64,000 nt of DNA from contig CAVXKA010000001.1 of NCBI GenBank assembly GCA_963762255.1, positions 640,001 through 704,000 on the forward strand. The letters are read 5' to 3'. The stretch is from Candidatus Eiseniibacteriota bacterium (GTDB lineage: Bacteria; Eisenbacteria; RBG-16-71-46; JABDJR01). Under the pieces are notes generated by a model. That model worked only from the letters and a program-made list of their open reading frames with translations. It ran no database searches and was not told the DNA's origin. A program made the position numbers and the translations under genes. The first letter of the stretch is position 1. Each line of letters begins with the position of its first letter. Shown here one piece after another: positions 42,506 through 51,302 of this stretch.

Positions 42506-44251
42506 ATGGTCGCCGCGCATTCATATTACGAATTCGGGCCGTTTCGAGTCGATCCGACGCATCGCATGCTGTGGCGCAACGGCTACGTCGTCGCGATCCC
42601 GCCCAAACCGCTCGGCCTGCTTCTGCTGCTCATCGAGCACCGCGGCGAGGCACTGTCCAAGGACCGGATCATCGAGCTGCTCTGGTCCGGCACCGTGGGC
42701 ACCGAAGCCAACCTGAGCGTCAACATCGCCACCCTGCGGAAGATTCTCGGCGAGAAGCCCCGAGACCATCGCTACATCGTCACCGTTCCACAGCAGGGCT
42801 ACTCGTTCGTGGCCGACGTGCGCGTCAGCGACGGCGACGACACGTCGCCCCTCCCGGGTGCCGTTGCGACCCCGGCCGGCCCCCGCACCCGCCAGATAGC
42901 CGTGTTGCCGTTCGACACCCAGCAGCTTTCGGCGGATGTCGGCTTCCTGGGCCTCGGTCTGGCCGACTCGATCGCGACCAACCTGGTCAAGGTGAAGCGC
43001 CTCTCCGTGCGCGAAACAAGCTCGACCCGGAGACACGCAGGCCGGTATCCGCACGGGGGGGCCGCCGGGCGGGAACTCGGAGTGGACACGGTCGTGGAGG
43101 GCGCGATTCGGGGCACGCGAGACGCGCTGCGCGTCACGGCCCGACTCGTCTGCGTTGCCGACGAGACCATTCTTTGGGCGGGTGAGTTCACCGGGTCGGA
43201 AGAGGGTATCCAGACGATCGCCCTCCAAGTCGTTGCCCCGGTTAGAGCGTGGTTTGACGGGTCTCACCCGCTAATCCTTCCGAAGCCTGTGACCGAGAGC
43301 GCCGAGGCGTTTCGGATCTACCTTCAGGGGCGCGAGTGCCAGACCTCTCTCGTACCCGCCTCGCTTCACAAGAGCCTGGAGCTGCTGGAGAAGGCCACCG
43401 TGCTGGATCCGGGATTCGCGCTCGCGCACGCCGCGCTGGCGGAGTCCTACTATCTGATGCGGTGGCTGGATCTGCTCCCGGGAAATACGGGGGTCGCCAA
43501 TCTGGAGGCGGCGGCGCGCCGGGCGCTGGAACTGGATCCCGAACTGGCGCCGGCCTACGTCTGGCTGGCCATGATCGAGTTGACGCATCGGTACCGGTTT
43601 GAAGAGGCCAGGATCCTCTTCGATCGCGCGAACAACCTCGCACCCAACACCCTCTGCGTTCAGCGCTTCTACTGCCAGTACTTCGTCGTCACGTTGCAGT
43701 TCGACGAGGCGCTTCGGCTCGCCCGCCTCGCCCAGGCTCTGGACCCGACTTCCCTGGAAATCAAAACCATCGTCGCCCAGATTCTCATGTTCAGGCGCGA
43801 CTACCCTCGGGCCATAGAACTCTTTCAAGCCCTGGCGCCGGTGGATGGCCGGCTCACCCGTGCGATGTTCCTGCTCGGGTGGTGCCACATCCTCAACAAG
43901 GACTATGAGGCCGCCCTGAAGATGTTCGGGCCGGAATCGGAGGCGACCCCGGCGTGGGTCCACGCGGTGCAATGCTACGCCCACACCCGAATGGGAAACA
44001 CGGCGGAATCCGAACGCCATTTCGCCGAGATGAGAAGGCACAGTCTGACCCCGGAGTCGCATCCGTTTCTTCTCGCATCCGTCTACATGGGACACGGCGA
44101 TCTGGACAAGGTGATGGCCTGTCTGGAGGAGGGCCACCGGCGGGGGGAGACCTTCATCGCCTATCTGGCCGCGACTCCGATGTGGGATCCGCTCCGCGAA
44201 ACTCCCCGCTTCCAGGCTCTGGTCAGGCGGGTGGCCGGTCCGCGCCCCTGA
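42506..44251 (+). CDS. OmpR-type winged-helix + TolB-like + TPR regulator
   Basis: FGPFRVD...LRKILGE...IVTVPQQGY, IAVLPF and TPR repeats. Confidence 0.85.
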   Translation: MVAAHSYYEFGPFRVDPTHRMLWRNGYVVAIPPKPLGLLLLLIEHRGEALSKDRIIELLWSGTVGTEANLSVNIATLRKILGEKPRDHRYIVTVPQQGYSFVADVRVSDGDDTSPLPGAVATPAGPRTRQIAVLPFDTQQLSADVGFLGLGLADSIATNLVKVKRLSVRETSSTRRHAGRYPHGGAAGRELGVDTVVEGAIRGTRDALRVTARLVCVADETILWAGEFTGSEEGIQTIALQVVAPVRAWFDGSHPLILPKPVTESAEAFRIYLQGRECQTSLVPASLHKSLELLEKATVLDPGFALAHAALAESYYLMRWLDLLPGNTGVANLEAAARRALELDPELAPAYVWLAMIELTHRYRFEEARILFDRANNLAPNTLCVQRFYCQYFVVTLQFDEALRLARLAQALDPTSLEIKTIVAQILMFRRDYPRAIELFQALAPVDGRLTRAMFLLGWCHILNKDYEAALKMFGPESEATPAWVHAVQCYAHTRMGNTAESERHFAEMRRHSLTPESHPFLLASVYMGHGDLDKVMACLEEGHRRGETFIAYLAATPMWDPLRETPRFQALVRRVAGPRP

Positions 44252-44264
44252 CCCTTGGATATAT

Positions 44265-44280
44265 TTGTAAAGATTTACAA
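44265..44280. promoter_or_regulatory. Perfect palindrome, candidate operator
   Basis: TTGTAAA-GA-TTTACAA. Confidence 0.5.
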
Positions 44281-44335
44281 CTCTTGCGTGTCCGTGATTC
44301 GAATCTGGGACTAGTCTGCTCTATCAGAAGACTCT

Positions 44336-44547
44336 CTCTGACCGGGTGCCGAACGATGGAGTCACGCGGGGCGGGGCGGAATCCTCCGCTTCACCCCAAG
44401 ACCTCCGGAGTTGCAGAGCGGCACGGTCCGGCCGGCGCGATAACTGGTCTTCGGGCGCGCGTTGGGCGCAGGAAACTGTTGCCTGGGGGAAACGGTGCCC
44501 GATCACCCTTCGATCCGCTTTTCCGGTCGACCGTGCCGCGTTTTCTT
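44336..44547 (+). ncRNA. Candidate structured ncRNA B (unknown family)
   Basis: 11-bp closing stem 44418-44428/44529-44539 followed by GTTTTCTT; inner stems including a UUCG loop. Confidence 0.5.
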
Positions 44548-44576
44548 GCCCGCACAGACGGAAGCGAACGGGACCC

Positions 44577-45251
44577 TTACCCCGGCTGCACCCCTCCGAG
44601 CACGCGAGCGTCCTCCTCACACCCTCCGCACCAGCGCACCATCTGCCGCGCCATGCGCCCCATCCCTTCCTCCATTTCGAGACGCGGGAAATCTCCGGGG
44701 GCGAAGATCACGGCGAGCGCTTCCGTGGTGCGCTCGCTCACGGAAGTGCGGGCGGAGTCGGAGGTGGGAGATCCGAAGGGGCCGTCATCATCGGCCACGG
44801 TGAGTCGCCCCGCCACGTGGACGGGCCCCTTGCGGATGCCCTCGTAGAACTCTCCGTCGCGCCCGACTCGCAGCACTACGTTGCCGCGCACCTGCGCGAG
44901 ATCGTAGAGCCCGATCGGCAGGAGCAGCGCGAGCGAGGACCAGTTGCAGGCGTCCACGAGCCGGTTGATGCGGTAGAGGGGTTCGCCCTTGAGCACGCGG
45001 CGGAGCAGCGCCTCCGACGACGGTCGCGCGCGGGTGGGGTCCACGCCGAAGGCTCGGTAGAGGCGCCGCGCGGGCTCGAGGCCGGGGATTTCGGAGGGAG
45101 CACGCCCCGCGAACGCGCGCCGGTACGTGACGCCAAGATCCTCGATCTCCGACCAGAACGAGTTCTCGTCGCCGACGCGAAGTCCGGACAGGCGCACGGC
45201 GCCGGCCAGGACACTCCGGGAAATCTCTTCATCGATCCGGAAGCTTGCCAT
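44577..45251 (-). CDS. Free-standing B3/4 (PheT editing-like) domain protein
   Basis: GVDPTRARPSSEALLRR, INRLVD and PIGLYD motifs. Confidence 0.88.
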   Translation of the reverse strand: MASFRIDEEISRSVLAGAVRLSGLRVGDENSFWSEIEDLGVTYRRAFAGRAPSEIPGLEPARRLYRAFGVDPTRARPSSEALLRRVLKGEPLYRINRLVDACNWSSLALLLPIGLYDLAQVRGNVVLRVGRDGEFYEGIRKGPVHVAGRLTVADDDGPFGSPTSDSARTSVSERTTEALAVIFAPGDFPRLEMEEGMGRMARQMVRWCGGCEEDARVLGGVQPG

Positions 45252-47317
45252 CACGGCTCTCCCACAGCGCGCGACGAAGGAAGGAAGCGGAACACGGTCG
45301 CCTCGGGGTTCCACCAGACGATCTCGAAGCGATCCGGCCGGCGGCCCATGAAGCTTGTGCCGGCGCGCGCGCTGCCGTGATCGCTGGTGCGCCACAACGC
45401 GTACAACGGCCCCACGTTTTCGGCGGCGAACGCATCGAGAGCGGCCAGTGTCGCCGTCGTGTCGACGGGGACGACGGGGGGGCGCGGATACCGCGAGTCC
45501 ACGTACACGCCCACGAGCGCGTCCCGCACGTCGCGACGGCGATTCATCTCCGCCGCCGGGTAGCCCCAGAAATGGGCGTAGGGCTCGCGTCCCCAGTACT
45601 GGCGGCGCGGCGCGAGCACGAGCACGTCGGCGCGCTCCTGCGAATCGATGAAGACCGCGTCGGGCGGCGTACGCTCGGCCATCCAGGCGTAGAGAGAACG
45701 CTCATCTAGGGAGATCGGGGCCGGAGCCTTCTGGAAGAGGTACACGGCGAGGTAGAGCGCCGACATGGGGACGCACATCGCAATGGGGATTGCCCACGCC
45801 CACATGCCATGGCCCCGGGCGCGGAGCGCTTTCCACCAACGCGCGAGCGTCCACCCCGCCGCGACGGCGGGGAAGAGGTAGAACACGAAGGGCATCTTGT
45901 CGGTGGTGTTGGTCGTGGGGAGCACGGTCCAGAGCGCCGCGATCATCATGCCCAAGGCCAGCCCCTGGAACACGCGGGCGCCCGGCCGCGCACCCAATCT
46001 CCAGAGCGCGGGACCGCCGAGGACGAGCGCCGCCGAGGATGCGATGAGGATTCCCGCCCACGCCGGCGACCACCCGATCGGGAAGGGGGCCCGGGTGCGG
46101 CCCACCGTGCTGAGGAAGATCGGCGCTGCCAACGCGCTGCCACACGCGAAAGCCATCGCGCCCATCACCACGAGACGCCGAGGCACCGCACCGGGACGAA
46201 CGAGCAGAAGGACCCCCGCAAGCAGCAACCCCAACCCACCGGCCCCGGCCAGTCCAGGATTCCATACCCACATGCCGAACGCAGCCAGAGCCACGCCCAC
46301 GAATCGGCGCGGGGACTCACCGGCGACTCGGGACGGCATCGACATGGACCGCGCCCAGCCCACGAGTCCCTCGCCGAGCCAGGCCAGAGACGTGACGGCG
46401 CCCCCGAACGCGGTCATCACCAGGTATTTGTTGAGAAAAGCAGGCGGGCTCCCGTAGAGAGACGTGAACGCCAGAACTTGATCAAAGGTGAACGGACGGA
46501 GCGAGAACAGACGGCGCAGTTCTCCCCAACCCGCGGTCTCCCCCACGAACGCGCGCGCAAGCTTCACACCGAATCCGAGGACGAAGAACGCATCGAGCCC
46601 GAGCGGCACGAAGAGAGCGGCGAAGAACGCCTCGCGGCCCGGCCGGCCCGCACCGCGCGAGAGCGCGTAGACCGCGCCGCCCAGCGAGACCAGCCAGAAC
46701 GTATTGAGGAGCCCGCCCAAGTCCCAGGCCGCCACACCCGCTGCCTCCGCCCACACCGCGAGCATCGCGTGATAGAACCAGACGTAGTTGAGAGAGAGCC
46801 CCGCGAAGTACGGATCGCCGGGAGGGACGCCGCGCGCTGCGATCTCGAAGACGACGGCGGTGTGGAACACCGCATCGCTGCGCATGCGTACCCAGGGACG
46901 AAGCGCATGCGGGAGGAGCGCGAGCGCAGCGAGAACGACGAGCCACACGATCAGCCGCCGCTCCCATCGCGGCATGGGGCCGCCGGGGCTGTGCCCGCGG
47001 AGCAGTGCTAGAAACCCGGCGGCATAGGCCGCGGCGAGACAGAGCTGCGCCGCGACGGAAACGGAGAGGCCTAGCGCGAGAAGCACGGTGGCGGCGGCCC
47101 CGGAAACGAGAGGACCGATGAAGAGCGCGCGTGCGATCACGAGCCAGCCGCGTGCGCCGCCGCCAAGCGCGCGGGAAACGGCGAATCCGGGAGCGAATCC
47201 GAGGCCCACCGCCGCGCCGAGCCAGCGCAACGGCACCGCGTCGAACGCAGCCCCGGCGATCCAGGCCGCCGCCCCGACCGCCAGAGGCGCGGCCCACGCC
47301 GTTCCGCGCCTCATCAC
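45251..47317 (-). CDS. Polytopic membrane protein, GT-C glycosyltransferase-like
   Basis: Many TM helices; DAVFH...PPGDPYFAG..LNYVWFYH; C-terminal W..ERTPPDAV. Confidence 0.6.
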   Translation of the reverse strand: MMRRGTAWAAPLAVGAAAWIAGAAFDAVPLRWLGAAVGLGFAPGFAVSRALGGGARGWLVIARALFIGPLVSGAAATVLLALGLSVSVAAQLCLAAAYAAGFLALLRGHSPGGPMPRWERRLIVWLVVLAALALLPHALRPWVRMRSDAVFHTAVVFEIAARGVPPGDPYFAGLSLNYVWFYHAMLAVWAEAAGVAAWDLGGLLNTFWLVSLGGAVYALSRGAGRPGREAFFAALFVPLGLDAFFVLGFGVKLARAFVGETAGWGELRRLFSLRPFTFDQVLAFTSLYGSPPAFLNKYLVMTAFGGAVTSLAWLGEGLVGWARSMSMPSRVAGESPRRFVGVALAAFGMWVWNPGLAGAGGLGLLLAGVLLLVRPGAVPRRLVVMGAMAFACGSALAAPIFLSTVGRTRAPFPIGWSPAWAGILIASSAALVLGGPALWRLGARPGARVFQGLALGMMIAALWTVLPTTNTTDKMPFVFYLFPAVAAGWTLARWWKALRARGHGMWAWAIPIAMCVPMSALYLAVYLFQKAPAPISLDERSLYAWMAERTPPDAVFIDSQERADVLVLAPRRQYWGREPYAHFWGYPAAEMNRRRDVRDALVGVYVDSRYPRPPVVPVDTTATLAALDAFAAENVGPLYALWRTSDHGSARAGTSFMGRRPDRFEIVWWNPEATVFRFLPSSRAVGEP

Positions 47318-47433
47318 GCCGCGTTCTTGGGGAGTACGCCGTTGACCTGCATAGGTGCCGCCAATACTATCGACTTGTCACGCGGCCTCCCAGGGCTTCT
47401 TTGCCCGGCCGGTCGCGGATGAGGGGACAATCC

Positions 47434-47901
47434 ATGGTTCGCGCAATCTCGGTCCTGCTCGCGGTTCTGGTACTGCTCGGAGTCGGCTGGTATCTCGGCC
47501 ATCGGCCGGTCGCGGCGATGAGAACCACGGCCACCGAACTCGAAGCGGCAACCGTTCGGCGCGCCCAGGACTTCGATGCGAAGGCGCGGGTCCTCGAGGA
47601 GCGCGTCGCCATCGCCGAGGCCAAGGGCCAGCTCTGGCGGGCGCGTGCCGATCTGCTCGTCGCCGCGGGAGACGTGGGGCAGAACAACTACGGCCTCGCC
47701 GCCGAGCGGGCATCGCGGGCCCGCGACCTCGTTACGGGCGCGCTCGCCGCACCGGGGTTCACGATGGACATAGGGGCCATACGCGACATGCTCGATTCGG
47801 CGATCGGCAAGATCGCCGCCCAGGACCGGGACGCCGGCGCCGTGCTCATCCGAGCCGCCACCGAGCTGGGTCGCTTGCTCGAACAGGCCGGCCAGGCCTG
47901 A
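47434..47901 (+). CDS. Membrane-anchored helical hypothetical protein
   Basis: GAGGGG RBS; N-terminal TM helix; coiled-coil character. Confidence 0.7.
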   Translation: MVRAISVLLAVLVLLGVGWYLGHRPVAAMRTTATELEAATVRRAQDFDAKARVLEERVAIAEAKGQLWRARADLLVAAGDVGQNNYGLAAERASRARDLVTGALAAPGFTMDIGAIRDMLDSAIGKIAAQDRDAGAVLIRAATELGRLLEQAGQA

Positions 47902-47945
47902 GCCTCACCCTTACCCCGCCGGGCGGACCGGCCTCGGGAGCTAGG

Positions 47946-48407
47946 TTGCGACTACTGGACTATCTGGATCCCGGCTGCATCGGAGTCGGCCTTCCCTCGG
48001 CGGGAAAACGCGAGACGCTCGCGCGGCTGGTCGATCTCGTGGTCGGGGGCGGGTTGGCGCAGGACAAGGCGCGGCTCCTGGAGGCCCTGGAACAGCGCGA
48101 GCAGGTGGTGTCCACGGGGGTCGGGAACGGCGTGGCGATCCCGCACGCGGATCTTCCGGAGATCGAGGCCCCGCGGCTCGCGCTGGGTCTGTTCCCGGAT
48201 GGCGTGGACTACGATTCGTTGGACGAGGAGCCGGTGTACATCGCGTTCGTGCTCTTGGGAACACCGCGCACACCCGGGCTCCACATGAAGATCCTCGCCC
48301 GCATCGCGCGGTTGAGCAAGGATCCGGACTTCTCGCCGGGGCTTCGCACTGCGAAGAGCCCCGCCGAGGTTTTGGCCGCCCTCGACGTGATCGAGTCGCG
48401 GCATTAG
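47946..48407 (+). CDS. PTS EIIA(Ntr/Fru)-like protein
   Basis: REQVVSTGVGNGVAIPHA and DYDSLDEEPV motifs. Confidence 0.88.
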   Translation: MRLLDYLDPGCIGVGLPSAGKRETLARLVDLVVGGGLAQDKARLLEALEQREQVVSTGVGNGVAIPHADLPEIEAPRLALGLFPDGVDYDSLDEEPVYIAFVLLGTPRTPGLHMKILARIARLSKDPDFSPGLRTAKSPAEVLAALDVIESRH

Positions 48408-48416
48408 GAGCGCGGG

Positions 48417-48758
48417 GTGAAACTATTCGTCTACGTGCTCAATCGACCGGAGAAACTCGAAGAGGTTCTCGCTGCGTTCGTGGAAATCGGCATCACCGGC
48501 GCGACCGTGGTGGACAGCGTGGGAATGGGCCGGATCATCGCGCAGGACGTGCCGATCTTCGCCAGCTTTCAATCGCTGTTGAGTGCGAGTCGTCCGTACA
48601 ACAAGACCATCCTCTCGGTCATCGACGACGAACCCAAACTCGAGCGCGCGCTGCGTCTGATCGAGGAGATCTGCGGGCCTTTCGGCTCGGCGGGGGCCGG
48701 CATCGCCCTGACGCTTCCCATCGAGCAGGCCTACGGCATCAAGCCCGAATTCAAGTGA
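48417..48758 (+). CDS. PII-like signalling protein
   Basis: GITGATVVDSVGMG...AGIALTLPIEQAYG. Confidence 0.8.
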   Translation: MKLFVYVLNRPEKLEEVLAAFVEIGITGATVVDSVGMGRIIAQDVPIFASFQSLLSASRPYNKTILSVIDDEPKLERALRLIEEICGPFGSAGAGIALTLPIEQAYGIKPEFK

Positions 48759-48764
48759 GGCACC

Positions 48765-49394
48765 ATGAACGACCGACATCACGACGCTCCTGAACACGGA
48801 CCTTCCTCCGGAGATGCCGCATCCAACCGCTTGAGCCGGTTCCTCGCTCTCGTGCTGCGCCATCGCGCCCATCAGTTCGATCTGGCTGTGGACGAGGAGG
48901 GCTTCGTCGCCTTGGATCCGCTCCTGGAAGTGATCCACTCGCAGTCCGGTCTCGATGGAGTCACCCGTGAGGACCTGGAACTTCTGACCCGCGAGGGAGA
49001 CCGCAAGCGCTACGAGATCCGGGGCGACTCCATGCGCGCCACCTACGGACACTCCTTCCGCCGCCCCATCCGCTATCCGGCGGTGGAGCCCCCCGAGCAC
49101 CTCTTCGTCGGCGTTGCCTCCGCACAGGTTCAGGAGGTTCGTCTGCACGGTCTTCGTCCGGAGGGGCGCCAGTACCTCCACCTCTCCGAGCGGGAGGATG
49201 AGGCTCGTGAGGTGGGAAGCCGGCGCAGCGGCGACGCCACCGTGGTTACGGTACTCGCCCTGGAAGCGTCCCAAAGTGGAATTCCATTCCACCGACCCAC
49301 TGACGGCCTCTATCTCGCTCTGCAACTCCCCGCGCGCTTCTTAGATTTGCAGGTGCAGTACGGCCGATCCCCGAAGAAAGGGCGCCGGCGCTAG
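48765..49394 (+). CDS. kptA: RNA 2'-phosphotransferase (Tpt1/KptA)
   Basis: LSRFL.LVLRH, RKRY, RATYGHS and YLHLS motifs. Confidence 0.88.
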   Translation: MNDRHHDAPEHGPSSGDAASNRLSRFLALVLRHRAHQFDLAVDEEGFVALDPLLEVIHSQSGLDGVTREDLELLTREGDRKRYEIRGDSMRATYGHSFRRPIRYPAVEPPEHLFVGVASAQVQEVRLHGLRPEGRQYLHLSEREDEAREVGSRRSGDATVVTVLALEASQSGIPFHRPTDGLYLALQLPARFLDLQVQYGRSPKKGRRR

Positions 49395-49539
49395 CCTCGC
49401 GTCCGCGGGCATGAACCTCGTTCCAGCCGGCGCCAGTCTCGCGTCCGCGGCCCTGGAATCGCCCCAATCGCTTTCTTGGATTTCCAGTTAACGTTTATTG
49501 AATTGGGACCGCGCGACCGCGATCGCCATACTCCCTGCG

Positions 49540-49840
49540 TTGTTGATGTGTGGGGTGGGGTGGGGTGAAACCCGGAGAGTAAACGTCTCCGGTCCCGGAC
49601 CTGACTCGCTGGGACGTACGCCAAATACGGTGGTAGCGGAAGCACTCGGCGTTCACGGAACGAACGGAGTGCGGTCCTCCGACTGGGGATGATGGGGGTT
49701 CGGCGCCCCGGCGAGGGTCCGGGTCTTTCGAAAGGAACGCTGGCCGCTTTCAGCAATCTCCCGAACAGCGCCCTCGGGTAGCCTCGGGAGGACCTTCGCC
49801 GGGCTTAGGCGAGGAAGCGCCGCGTTCCTTTCTGTTTTTT
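49540..49840 (+). ncRNA. Candidate structured ncRNA C with cloverleaf-like domain (unknown family)
   Basis: Hairpin 49574-49592; stem 49594-49610/49710-49723 enclosing four arms; 11-bp stem 49730-49740/49822-49832 followed by TGTTTTTT. Confidence 0.55.
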
Positions 49841-49984
49841 CAGCCCGATTCCCCTCCATCGCGCGGCCGGATGACTCATTGTCGATTTTGTAGTCTTTTG
49901 ATCAGCATTACGCCGCCGCTTCGTCTTGAACCAAATTATCTGAATATTGGAATTGAGTTAGCGGGATATTGGATTGGTGTGCCC

Positions 49985-50190
49985 CTGCCCGCCGGATCAT
50001 CATGCGGTCGGGTCGAGGAGAGACAGCCACGATCCCTGCGAGCCCTACGCCGGACTGACAGAGCGGACGCAGGAGTTCGGGACGCTCAGGAGCGAAGGCT
50101 CCTGAAAACGGGATGCATGGGGGTACCGTTCCGAACGGGATGCCGAGGAGATCTCGACGACCGGTCGGCCGCAAGGCCAAGGGCTCGCAA
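49985..50190 (+). ncRNA. Candidate structured ncRNA D (unknown family)
   Basis: 10-bp stem 50037-50046/50180-50189 enclosing GAAG and GCAA hairpins; own terminator. Confidence 0.5.
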
Positions 50191-50197
50191 AATCTTT

Positions 50198-50231
50198 GGG
50201 CTCCTCAGGAAACTGAGGAGCCCTTCTTTTT
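50198..50231 (+). terminator. Intrinsic terminator
   Basis: GGGCTCCTCAG-GAAA-CTGAGGAGCCC-TTCTTTTT. Confidence 0.9.
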
Positions 50232-50232
50232 G

Positions 50233-51177
50233 CTATGGATCGGCCGCGAGTTCCGGCGTGTGGCCTCGGCGGGACCCGGCCAGGACTTCCAGCGCCGCCG
50301 GCGCGAACTCCTGCTGCTGCGCCGAGCGAAGCGCCTGCTTGTATCCCTCGAGGATCTGATCCAACTGCGGGATCGCCCCCGGCAGGAGGATCGACGCCGA
50401 CTGCGCGAGCTTGGCCACGCCGCTGTCGTAGAAGCGCCAAGCCACGTGGCTCAGGTCGTTCATAAGTTCGTGAAAGGCGCGCGGAGCGCGGGTCAGACCG
50501 CGCATCTCGGCAAGCTGCGCGGCGGTGAGCCCGTGACGAGCGAGCAGATCTTCGGGGAAGCCCGCCGAGGCGCCGGCGGCATCGAGGTTGGAGAACACTT
50601 CGAGCATGCGGCGAACGATGAACGCGAACACCCCGGGATCGTGGGCGAGCTCCTCGATGTCGAGCTCGGCGGAGACGCGATAGCGACGCACTCCCGGTAC
50701 GGCGAGGATGATCCGCAGGAACACCCACGACTGCGAGACACCGATCACCCGGGCGCGCTCGATCAGACTTTGGAGGTCGGGGATCGGCTCCCCCCCCGCG
50801 ATTTCCATGAGCCCCTGCTGCATGCGCAGCCACGGTGTCATGGGAAGCCCGAATCGGGCCATGGCGTCGGCGAGGGCTACCTGATCGGGGTGAGCCGGAT
50901 CGGGGCGACCCTGGTGGCAGAGGCGAACCCCGTCGCTCCACGCGCGAATCTCGCGCAACGAACTCTCCAGCGATGCGGCGCGTCCGCGGGGGACGGGAAG
51001 GGTCTGGGGCCCGAGAACCCGCATGGAGACGTAGGCGGCATAGAAGGCGTTGCGGCGGCGGGGATCCTCGAGACGGCGCGCGGCGGCAAGGAATGGGGTC
51101 TGGATCGCCTCGAGCTGCCCTTCGCAGGTGCGATAGGCCTCGAGGATCTCCGGTGTGTACTCCAATCGAAGCGGCAC
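50233..51177 (-). CDS. Squalene/phytoene synthase-fold protein without DDxxD motifs
   Basis: EAYRTC...FLAAARRL...RRNAFYAAY, FPEDLLARHGLT and WRFYDSG resemble SQS/PSY. Confidence 0.6.
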   Translation of the reverse strand: MPLRLEYTPEILEAYRTCEGQLEAIQTPFLAAARRLEDPRRRNAFYAAYVSMRVLGPQTLPVPRGRAASLESSLREIRAWSDGVRLCHQGRPDPAHPDQVALADAMARFGLPMTPWLRMQQGLMEIAGGEPIPDLQSLIERARVIGVSQSWVFLRIILAVPGVRRYRVSAELDIEELAHDPGVFAFIVRRMLEVFSNLDAAGASAGFPEDLLARHGLTAAQLAEMRGLTRAPRAFHELMNDLSHVAWRFYDSGVAKLAQSASILLPGAIPQLDQILEGYKQALRSAQQQEFAPAALEVLAGSRRGHTPELAADP

Positions 51178-51302
51178 GGCGATCGCTCCTTGCCCAGATT
51201 CTTGGACCGCTCCACCTGATTATCGGTCAGGGAGCTGGGGGGCGCAATCGGAGGAAGGGAAAGGGGCCTACCGGGGCACGACTGGATGCAAGCGCCCCCG
51301 GG

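Noticed and set aside
49396-49450. 13-bp direct repeat CTCGCGTCCGCGG after kptA as a CRISPR or att site
   Set aside because: Only two short GC-rich copies; no array, cas gene or integrase
49557-49585. GGGGTGGGGTGAAA resembling the start of an FMN riboswitch
   Set aside because: The remaining FMN motifs are absent and there is no downstream same-strand gene
49585-49607. Minus-strand GTCAGGTCCGG resembling SRP RNA helix 8
   Set aside because: Not followed by the AAGGAAGCAGC half of the motif; the segment pairs long-range on the plus strand instead
49498-49692. 64-aa ORF with a hydrophobic N-terminus
   Set aside because: TTG start with no RBS or motif; the region is better explained by RNA structure, though not excluded
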